Assembly (NCBI GenBank): GCA_033442325.1
Contig: JAWQFM010000032.1
Coordinates: 680,117 to 717,789 of the forward strand
Source: Salpingoeca rosetta
Lineage: Eukaryota > Protista > Choanoflagellata
DNA length: 37,673 nt
Direction of reading: 5' to 3'
Both the position numbers and the translations under genes were made by a program. Shown here piece after piece: positions 27,054 through 35,652 of this stretch. Numbering within the stretch: the first letter of the stretch is position 1; every line of letters begins with the position of its first letter. The notes beneath the pieces were generated by a model. It saw only the letters and a list, made by a program, of their open reading frames with translations. It did not search any database and was not told the DNA's origin.

Positions 27054-28003
27054 GGGCCCGTGGAACAGAAGACGACGAAGCCCGTGCGGGAACGTCGCGT
27101 GTCAACGTCGGAGGCGAACGACGCATCCGAGTACGCTGAGAGTACGCCGTCGGCAGTGCTGCCGTTGCTGGCGTCGCCAGTGGCGGCGTACTTGATGGTG
27201 TAGGACAAGGTGCCCTTGATGTAGCGAAGAAGGTGCTTGGTAGCCTTCCAGTGGTCCATGCCGAAGTGCTGCATACGGCGAGACAGGATGGAGACAGCCG
27301 CCGAGATGTCTGGGCGCGTCATCGTCGCAGCATAGAGGAGGGAGCCAAGCAGCTCGCGGAACGGCACATCCGGGAGTGGCTCCTCCTTGTCGGCTGGCTT
27401 GTCAACGTAGCCTGTGCAGAGCGGCGTGCCGACCGGCTTGCAGTCAGCCATGCCGAAGGCCTCCAGCACGTTGCGCAGGTAGTGCTCCTGGCTCATGGTG
27501 ACGGTCCTGGCCTTGCGGTCGTGCTGCACCTTGATGCCGAGACATATGTCTGGGCTGCCCAGGTCCTTCATCTTGAAGCGCTTGGAGATGGAGTTCTTGA
27601 ACGCGGCCATGTCGCTGTCGCTGTCGGCGAAGATGAGCAGGTCGTCCACGTAGACGGCAACCCACATCATCTTGCCACCCTTGCAGGTGCGGCGGTAGAT
27701 GCAGGCGTCCGTGGCTGTGGCGACGAAGTCCTGCTCGCGCATCCAGGCGTCCAGCGTGTGGTTCCACAGACGCGGGCTCTGCTTCAGCCCATACAGCCCG
27801 CGCTTGAGGCGCAGGACTGTATTCGGCGAGAAGATCCCGTCGACGGCCGGTGGCTGGACGTAGATCTCGTGATCCACGGGCGCGTTGAGGAACGCCGTGT
27901 TGACGTCCATCTGTTGGATGTCCATGCCACGCGCGACGGCCATGGCGAGCATGGTGCGGATGGCTGCGATGGTAGCCGTTGGAGCAAAGGTGTCCGTGTA
28001 GTT
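27054..28003 (-). mobile_element. Ty1/copia family A, copy 2: mid-RT to the start of RNase H, bounded by the element C LTR and the element B LTR
   Basis: NYTDTFAPTA...QMDVNTAFLNA...YVDD...AYSDASFASDVDTRRSRTG. Near-identical to 20815-21598 with a few substitutions (KKA/KNS, SVLET/NVLEA, KAAKH/KATKH). Confidence 0.92.
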
Positions 28004-29137
28004 TGTTGAGACACGACAGGTGTGTGTGTGTGTGTTTACTGTAGGCAAACGCAACAAACAAGAACACAAGGAGAATGAACAAGCACAGCAAGCTGCTGCC
28101 AAATCAACTCGGGCAGCACGCTCAAACAACCACAAGACAAGTGCACACACAGTCAACAACGCTAGAGTGTGCACGAACACAAACAATCTAAACAGCGAAC
28201 AGCATGCATACATGCGCGCAGAGCAATGCTAGGCATGGCATGAATGCTTGCAGGCAAGCATACACAACAGACAACACTTCACAACACTGCATGGCACGCA
28301 CACATGGCATTTGCCAAGCATGACGGGCATGCACACACACATGGCACACATGACACACAACTCACGTGTGCAGGGGAAGGAGGAGAGGAGAGGCAGTTGG
28401 CACACATGCATGCCAGCAGAGAGGAAGGAATGTTTGCCAACGGAAAAGCCACAAAGCAGGTGTTGTTGGCAAACAAGACAAAACCACACGAGAAGGCAAA
28501 TTAGGAAGGACTCAACACAAAACAGAAACTCACTCACTCTCAACACTCCCCCTCAACTGCCTTCTTCTGCTCCGTCTCAGCCATCGCTATTTCCACCAGT
28601 CGTGGCAGGTGCTGCTCGAAGGTCTGCTTGTCCAGTGCCTTGGTCAGCGCGTCGGCAACCATCTGCGTGCCGGGACAGTGTTGCAGCACAATGGTTCCGT
28701 CGGCGATGAGCTCCCGCACGAAGTGGTGGCGTACCCGGATGTGCTTCGTGCGCGGCTTGGTGACGTGGTCGTTGCCGATGGCGATGGCCGCCTGGTTATC
28801 TGTCAGCATCTTGGTGGCTCCAGCCTCGGGCTCGTCGAGGTCCATGAGCAGCTGCCGCAGGAAGACAACGTCCTGCGCTGCGGCGGAGATGGCCATGTAC
28901 TCGGCCTCGGCGGTGCTCAGCGCAACCGTGGGTTGCAGCCAGCTGCTCCAAGACACAAGACAGCCGTTGATGTAGCAGGTGAAGCCCGTCGTGGAGCGGC
29001 CCGTCAGCTGGTCTGTGCCGAAGCTGGCATCGCTGTAGCACACAAGGTCCAGCGGCTGGTCCTTGCGCGTGCCGCTGCGTCGCTTGAAGAGGAGGCCGTG
29101 CTCGCTCGTCGCCTTCAGGTACCGCACGACGTGCTTG
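28004..29137 (-). mobile_element. Ty1/copia family C, 3' end: RNase H (28546-29137), PPT and 3' LTR (28004-28545)
   Basis: KHVVRYLK, YSDASFG, VALSTAEAEY, TDNQAAI, TKHIRVRHHFVRE, ADALTK. PPT GAGGGGGAG|TGTTGAG, with LTR termini TGTTGAG...CTCAACA. Confidence 0.92.
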
Positions 29138-29348
29138 TGTTGTGATGCAGTTGGTGGTGTGTATTGGTTCGGGCAACACAAGAGAGAATGAACAAACAGA
29201 GCACTCTTGCGCCACTTATACAACGAAGTGGCATGCAAGAAATGCAAAAAGAACAAGCATGCATGCGGGCGACAAGGCATGGTGGCAATGTCAGGCATGG
29301 CATGCACGCAAACACTCAAAGGTATGTGACCGTTGTCAACACCGAGTT

Positions 29349-29480
29349 AACCACACAAACTCCTCTGCTAAGCCAAATTGTGGGGTTAAATGTAACCACA
29401 CAAAAACCTCTAACAGAGCAAACTGTGGGCTTAACAACTACTCACACAAATCCCTCTAACAAAGCAAACTGTGGGCTTAT
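29349..29480. repeat. About 45-bp imperfect tandem repeat x3 in the U3 region of the gypsy LTR (also 34436-34567)
   Basis: CACACAAA..CCTCT..C..AGC.AA.TGTGGG.TTA is repeated three times. Confidence 0.8.
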
Positions 29481-29538
29481 CCGCCAAAGACGGATATCGC
29501 CCACACAACATTCCTCCCCACCAAGACAATGCAACATA

Positions 29539-32500
29539 TCAATCAAGCAACACATCAGCGTCGACGTCCTCGTCGAGAGCATCAGCCGGCGTCGTGTCGT
29601 CTTGGGCCGTGTACGCCTTCAGCCTCGCGACGTGGACGACTTGAGCTGGTCCACCTGCTTCCGGAATGATGCCGTAGTTCCACTGGGACAGCTTCCTGGT
29701 CACGACGTACGGGCCGCGCCAGAGACGAGCGAGCTTCGTGGTCGTACCAGGCTTGACACGCGGCGTGTAGAGCAGTACGCGATCGTTGGTGCTGAAAGCT
29801 GGCGGGTCGGGCTTGTCGGCGTTGGCGCTGTCGCGCTCGGATCGGCGCTGCACGATGAAGTCCCGCACAAGCTCATGGGCCTCAGCTAGCACCTCCGTTG
29901 CTCGGGCGACGTGATGGGCCTGGTCTGCTGGTGTGGCGGCATCTGGTTCAGCGGGCAGACCTGGGTCGAGTGGCTCCCGGCCGAACATGAGGAAGAAGGG
30001 CGTATTGCCCACGGCGGCATGGAAGGTGGTGTTGTACGCGGAAGTCACGAGGCCCAGGTAGGTGTCCCAGTCGGCCTGGTTGGACTCGACGAACGCGGCG
30101 AGCATCCGCGTCAAGGTTCGGTTGAACCGCTCCACCGTCCCGTTCGTCTGTGGATGGTAGGGCGTCGTCCACACCTTCTTGGCACCAAGCGCGTGGTAGA
30201 AGGCCTTGGCGTCGTTGGAGCGGAAGTTGGGGCCCTGGTCCGTGAGGAACTTGCGAGGCGTGCCGAGGGTCGCCACGACCCTGTTGACAACGAAGTCGAC
30301 GACACGCGGCGTCTTCTGGTCTGGCACCGCAGCTGTCACCATGAACCGCGTGAAGAGGTCGCATGCCACGATGACGTACTTGTTGCCTGCGTCAGTCACA
30401 GGCAGGGGGCCGAGAACATCCATAGCGACGACGTCCAGCGGGTGGGTAGCGACCACTGTGCCAAGTGGCAGCTTGCGGGGCGCCGTGTCCTTGGCGCGCA
30501 GGCACGACCCGCACTGAAGCGTCCACGTCTTGACATCGGCGTAAAGGCCCGGCCAGAAGAAGTTGCGGGAGGCGCGGTCGTGGGTGCGCTGCACGCCCAA
30601 GTGACCGGATGTCGGATCAGCGTGCACCTTCAGGAAGACGCTCTTGCGCAGAGTCTCCGGCACAACGATCTTGTCCTTGGCGAGCAGCAGTCCCGAGACC
30701 TCGCTGATGGTGAAGTCGTCAATCTGCTTCCAGAACCGTGCCTCCGGAACAGCCAGAGCGCCGAAGTCTGGCACCGTCGCGTCGTGCAGGTAGGCTGTCA
30801 CAGCCTTGCAGAAGGGATCCTTGGCCTGCTCTCGCAGCAGGGCAGCAGTGGTGATGCGGGATGGCACCGCACGTCTCACGTCTGCGTCGGCGCCCATGTT
30901 CTGAAGAAGTGGATCGAGGCCTTCCTCATCGTCATCGCCTTCCTCGCCAGGCTCGACGTCAGCGTGGTCGGGCTGCACCGGGGCGATGAGGCGGGACAAG
31001 GCGTCAGCCACGACGTTCTCTGTGCCTGGCTTGTGAACGACGTCGAAGTCCATGTCCTGAAGGGCGAGCGCCCAGCGGCCCAAGCGGCCAGTCGGGTCCT
31101 TGAGGTTGCGAAGCCACTGCAGGGCGCGGTGGTCGGTGACGACGGTGAACCGCTGGCCATGGAGGTAGGGGCGGAACTTCTTGACCGCCCAGACCAGCGC
31201 AAGACACTCCTGCTCTGTCACTGAGTACTTGCGTTCAGCCTTGTTCAGTACGCGCGAGATGAAGGCGACGGGGCGAAGCTTGCCGTCGCCGTCCTGGCGC
31301 TGCTGCAGCACAGCACCGAGACCCACACCGGATGCGTCGGTGGCGAGGGTGAACGGGCGGGCGAAGTCAGGGTAGACCAGCACCGGGGACGAGGCGAGCG
31401 CAGCCTTCAGGCGACGGAACGCCACCTGCTGCGGCTCGCCAAACTTGAACTCAGTGCCGTCACGAAGTAGCGCGTACAGCGGTGCCCCGATCTCGGCGAA
31501 CTTGTCGACAAAACGGCGGTAGAACCCAGCCATGCCGAGAAAGGCGCGCAGCTCGCGCACGTCCTTGGGCGCCGGCATGCTGAAGATGGCGTCGATCTTG
31601 GCCGGGTTGGGCTTGACCCCGTGCTTGGACACCAGGTGCCCGAGATACTCCAGCTCGTCCTGGATGAAGCTGCACTTGTCGCGCCGCAGCTGTAGGTTGA
31701 CCGCACGAAGGCGCTCGAGGACAGTGCGCAGAGTGGCCAGATGAGCGTCGAAGGTCGGCGAGAAGATGACGATGTCGTCCAGGTACATGCTCACACCGGC
31801 GACGTCAGCGAGTACGGTGTTAATACAGCGCTGGAAATGGCCCGGTGCATTGCGCAGACCGAAGGGGACGACGGTGTATTCAAACACACCGTTCTTGGTG
31901 ACGAAGGCGGTCTTGGAGCAGTCGTCGGGGTGCAGCGGTACTTGGTGGTACGCAGAGGCCAGGTCCAGGCTACTGAAGAACTTGGCACCCGCCATGGCCT
32001 CCAGGGTGTCGTCCAGGCGCGGGAGCGGGTAAGCGTCGGGAACGCTGACGGCGTTCAAGCGGCGATAGTCAACGACAAGCCGGTACTCGCCTGTCTTCTT
32101 CTTGATGAGGATCACGGGGGACGCCCATGGCGAGAAGGACGGACGCACTATGCCAGCAGCGATGTGGTCCTTGACGATGCGCTCGACCACCTCGCTCTCG
32201 TGGTGAGAGAGGCGGTAGGGGCGGCGTGCTACAGGTGGTGTGTCGCCTGTCTCGATGCGCATGCTGGGGAGCATGGCCTTGGTCAAGGGCTCTCCAGGCT
32301 TGGCGAACGCGTCCTTAAACTCCTCGAGCAGCCGCTGGAGCTGGTGCTGTTGGCCGCGCGAGAGCATCGACGCAGCGACTTGGGTGGGTGCATCAGCGGT
32401 GTCCACTGCGTTGACGTCCGCTTGCACGGCGTTGCCCTCTGGCAGGATTAGGCAGCGATCGGCAACGTCAACGAGGGCGCGCATGGCGCTGAGGATGTCG

Positions 32501-33636
32501 GCACCCAGCAGCACAGCATGGGCGAGGCGATCAACGACGATGACGCTGTGACGAAGCTGCGCCGTGCCGATGGTGAAGAGGCAGTCGGTCGTTCCGAGCA
32601 CCTTGAGCACACCCTGATCAGCGGTGCGGAGAACGGCGTCGGAAGAGTTGAGCGGGCCGTCGCGGCCCCGGCGATACACGTCGCTGGACATGAGCGTGAC
32701 GCTGGCGCCCGTGTCTATGAGGGCGCTGATGCGGTCGCCGTTGACGTCGATGGGGACCCTCAGCGACACCGCACCGCGCACCTGTGCGGCACACACGTCA
32801 GCGTCGGGCGGCGTCTCAATGTCATCCGTGTCAACGGCGTGCACTCCGCGGCGACTCCGCTGTGGCCCGTTACGCCGCTGCTCGGCGGCCTTGCGCTTCA
32901 TGCAGTCCTTGATCACGTGACCGGGTTTCTTGCAGTAGAAGCAGCGGACGATGCGAGGGTTGTCGTCGCGCCGGGACTGGTTGCCGGCGAAGGAGCGGCG
33001 TGGCTGCTGCCGTGGGGGAGCAGAGACGAACGCAGCGTCGTGCTGGTGCTGATGCTGCTGGGTGGGTATGCCACGTCGTGCGGCGAGGCGCGCCTCCGCC
33101 TTCTGTGCCAGGGTCACAGCCTCGGCAAACGATGAGGGCGCAGCAACTCCAAGCAGCACAGCAACGTCGTCGCGAAGCCCAGAGAGGAACAAGTCGACGT
33201 AGGTGTCAGCCGACTCCTCCAGCTCCGTGGTGAGCGCCGTAATGGCGACGGCGAACGCGCCAACCGGCTCCAAGGGGCCTTGGCGACGCGTCTGCAGCTG
33301 GCGTCGCACGGCTGCCGTGTCGCGGTGAGAGTCGAACGTAGCGATGATGTAGTCGGAAACGGCCCTGAAGCGCACAGCCGTGAGGTCGGGGAACTTGTCC
33401 AGGAGGGCGTCGAGGATCGAGGGATGCACATGGCATGCGATGGCCAGCGCTGGGTCAACAGCCAGCGCGCCACACAGGGTCTCGAAGCGACGCAGCCACC
33501 TCCTGGTGTCAATCGAGGAGAAGGGCACGAGTTTCTCCACCGGTAGCTGCAGGATGGCCCGTGCGGATGCGGGTGGGGCCGACGAACGCGCCGCTGTGGA
33601 CGCAGATGACGAAGACGCCTTCGATCGGGTCTCCAT
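29539..33636 (-). CDS. gag-pol: Gypsy Gag-Pol polyprotein (Gag, zinc knuckle, PR, RT, RNase H, IN), no chromodomain
   Basis: CFYCKKPGHVIKDC; LIDTGA; RLVVDYRRLN, FGLRNAP, YLDD; TDAS, EQECLA, TDH; H-x6-H...CGSC, MDVLGPLP, TDQG, NGTVERFN; GPY/F module WRGPY...VVHVARLK. The first ATG is at 33636 (METRSK). Confidence 0.95.
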   Translation of the reverse strand: METRSKASSSSASTAARSSAPPASARAILQLPVEKLVPFSSIDTRRWLRRFETLCGALAVDPALAIACHVHPSILDALLDKFPDLTAVRFRAVSDYIIATFDSHRDTAAVRRQLQTRRQGPLEPVGAFAVAITALTTELEESADTYVDLFLSGLRDDVAVLLGVAAPSSFAEAVTLAQKAEARLAARRGIPTQQHQHQHDAAFVSAPPRQQPRRSFAGNQSRRDDNPRIVRCFYCKKPGHVIKDCMKRKAAEQRRNGPQRSRRGVHAVDTDDIETPPDADVCAAQVRGAVSLRVPIDVNGDRISALIDTGASVTLMSSDVYRRGRDGPLNSSDAVLRTADQGVLKVLGTTDCLFTIGTAQLRHSVIVVDRLAHAVLLGADILSAMRALVDVADRCLILPEGNAVQADVNAVDTADAPTQVAASMLSRGQQHQLQRLLEEFKDAFAKPGEPLTKAMLPSMRIETGDTPPVARRPYRLSHHESEVVERIVKDHIAAGIVRPSFSPWASPVILIKKKTGEYRLVVDYRRLNAVSVPDAYPLPRLDDTLEAMAGAKFFSSLDLASAYHQVPLHPDDCSKTAFVTKNGVFEYTVVPFGLRNAPGHFQRCINTVLADVAGVSMYLDDIVIFSPTFDAHLATLRTVLERLRAVNLQLRRDKCSFIQDELEYLGHLVSKHGVKPNPAKIDAIFSMPAPKDVRELRAFLGMAGFYRRFVDKFAEIGAPLYALLRDGTEFKFGEPQQVAFRRLKAALASSPVLVYPDFARPFTLATDASGVGLGAVLQQRQDGDGKLRPVAFISRVLNKAERKYSVTEQECLALVWAVKKFRPYLHGQRFTVVTDHRALQWLRNLKDPTGRLGRWALALQDMDFDVVHKPGTENVVADALSRLIAPVQPDHADVEPGEEGDDDEEGLDPLLQNMGADADVRRAVPSRITTAALLREQAKDPFCKAVTAYLHDATVPDFGALAVPEARFWKQIDDFTISEVSGLLLAKDKIVVPETLRKSVFLKVHADPTSGHLGVQRTHDRASRNFFWPGLYADVKTWTLQCGSCLRAKDTAPRKLPLGTVVATHPLDVVAMDVLGPLPVTDAGNKYVIVACDLFTRFMVTAAVPDQKTPRVVDFVVNRVVATLGTPRKFLTDQGPNFRSNDAKAFYHALGAKKVWTTPYHPQTNGTVERFNRTLTRMLAAFVESNQADWDTYLGLVTSAYNTTFHAAVGNTPFFLMFGREPLDPGLPAEPDAATPADQAHHVARATEVLAEAHELVRDFIVQRRSERDSANADKPDPPAFSTNDRVLLYTPRVKPGTTTKLARLWRGPYVVTRKLSQWNYGIIPEAGGPAQVVHVARLKAYTAQDDTTPADALDEDVDADVLLD

Positions 33637-34597
33637 GACGAAAGGTGCGCACAACGCAAGCGGCACTCAAAAGAGACAAGAAACACGAATGCCGCAAAAG
33701 GACACAAGGTAAACGGTATACAGGTGTAGGCGTATGACAGAGATCGTGTGCACGGATGCTGGTGCGAAGAATGGACGCAATAGCACCAACAGAAGGGAAG
33801 CACAAGCACACACAAGATCAAGAGGAAAGTAGGGGCTTATGAAAAGCACGAACGCACACACACGCACGGATGTGAAAGTCACTCACTGCACGAGAACGGG
33901 GAAAGTTCTGACAAAGGCAAAGGATGCACACAAGAGCCAGCACACGTACAATGGTGGCAAACGCAAAAAGAATCACGAGAAGAGGCAAAAAGAGGTGGAA
34001 CACAGGTCATGAACAGGAGCACGAACCGCGTGAAAACGTGCGCGACGGTAGCAGGTCGAAATCCACTTGTTGAAGGACAACCAATGGTCCAGATGAGTTC
34101 GAGAGGCCTTCACCTGCAAGCGAGAAGGGAGATAGTGGTGGGAGAGCCAAAAGAGATCACGAGAAACGAACCACAAGCGAGAAAACACGAGCACTCCCAC
34201 CCCAAGATGTGCGTGGTCACCAAATGTTGTGATGCAGTTGGTGGTGTGTATTGGTTCGGGCAACACAAGAGAGAATGAACAAACAGAGCACTCTTGCGCC
34301 ACTTATACAACGAAGTGGCATGCAAGAAATGCAAAAAGAACAAGCATGCATGCGGGCGACAAGGCATGGTGGCAATGTCAGGCATGGCATGCACGCAAAC
34401 ACTCAAAGGTATGTGACCGTTGTCAACACCGAGTTAACCACACAAACTCCTCTGCTAAGCCAAATTGTGGGGTTAAATGTAACCACACAAAAACCTCTAA
34501 CAGAGCAAACTGTGGGCTTAACAACTACTCACACAAATCCCTCTAACAAAGCAAACTGTGGGCTTATCCGCCAAAGACGGATATCGCCCACACAACA

Positions 34598-35005
34598 ACA
34601 GCATGGTCCACCGCTCGTGTCGGAGGGCGACGTGCCAGCGTGCATCGGCGATGCAGCGAAGGAGCCAGAGCCTGGCCCACCGATGGCGAGCACAGGCGTG
34701 CGCTTCTTGGGACGATGCAGGCGGCGCTCCTCCTGGATGAGGTCCCGCCGTCATCTTGGACAGCGATGGCGGCGGGTCCTTCGCGCTCCATGAACCGCAT
34801 CGCCACATCAAACTCCGCGGGGGAGTTCGTTGCGGACGAAGGTGCGCAGGTCGTCCTCCGGGATGGACACGCCGGCAGCAAGGAGCTGCCAGTTGATGTC
34901 CGTGATGCGGGACATGAACGTGTTCGACGGTGTCCGTGGGCAACCAGGTGGTCGAGGAGAAGCTGCTGCCTGAGACAACTGACGTGGTCCTTGCCGCTGC
35001 GGATG
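34598..35005 (-). mobile_element. Ty1/copia Gag fragment (frameshifted), cut by the gypsy 5' LTR
   Basis: Joining frames gives STTWLPTDTV/TFMSRITDINWQLLAAGVSIPEDDLRTFVRNELP/AEFDVAMRF...DLIQEERRL...GGPCC. This is the typical copia gag (UBN2-like) pattern, truncated where a zinc knuckle would start. Confidence 0.7.
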
Positions 35006-35652
35006 NNNNNNNNNNNNNNNNNNNNNNNNNNNNNNNNNNNNNNNNNNNNNNNNNNNNNNNNNNNNNNNNNNNNNNNNNNNNNNNNNNNNNNNNNNNNNNN
35101 NNNNNNNNNNNNNNNNNNNNNNNNNNNNNNNNNNNNNNNNNNNNNNNNNNNNNNNNNNNNNNNNNNNNNNNNNNNNNNNNNNNNNNNNNNNNNNNNNNNN
35201 NNNNNNNNNNNNNNNNNNNNNNNNNNNNNNNNNNNNNNNNNNNNNNNNNNNNNNNNNNNNNNNNNNNNNNNNNNNNNNNNNNNNNNNNNNNNNNNNNNNN
35301 NNNNNNNNNNNNNNNNNNNNNNNNNNNNNNNNNNNNNNNNNNNNNNNNNNNNNNNNNNNNNNNNNNNNNNNNNNNNNNNNNNNNNNNNNNNNNNNNNNNN
35401 NNNNNNNNNNNNNNNNNNNNNNNNNNNNNNNNNNNNNNNNNNNNNNNNNNNNNNNNNNNNNNNNNNNNNNNNNNNNNNNNNNNNNNNNNNNNNNNNNNNN
35501 NNNNNNNNNNNNNNNNNNNNNNNNNNNNNNNNNNNNNNNNNNNNNNNNNNNNNNNNNNNNNNNNNNNNNNNNNNNNNNNNNNNNNNNNNNNNNNNNNNNN
35601 NNNNNNNNNNNNNNNNNNNNNNNNNNNNNNNNNNNNNNNNNNNNNNNNNNNN

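Larger units (their letters stand above)
29138..34597 (-). mobile_element. Ty3/gypsy LTR retrotransposon, intact-looking (5' LTR 34225-34597, 3' LTR 29138-29510)
   Basis: The two 373-bp LTRs appear identical (TGTTGTG...CACAACA). The PBS TGGTGACCACG lies 2 nt after the 5' LTR, and the PPT GGTGGGGAGGAA precedes the 3' LTR. There is a single gag-pol ORF. Confidence 0.95.

Noticed and set aside
26981-28213. RT ORF with a hydrophobic N-terminal extension (likewise 28540-29319 and 25568-26917)
   Set aside because: The extensions are chance read-through from adjacent LTR sequence at insertion junctions, not signal peptides or env-like domains.
29539-29650. Chromodomain at the gypsy integrase C-terminus
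   Set aside because: Only about 23 mostly acidic residues follow the GPY/F module, with no chromodomain motif.
20498-33135. Long plus-strand ORFs antisense to gag/pol (e.g. 22917-24044, 29911-31224)
   Set aside because: These are expected shadow ORFs of GC-rich, codon-biased coding sequence and show no recognisable motifs.
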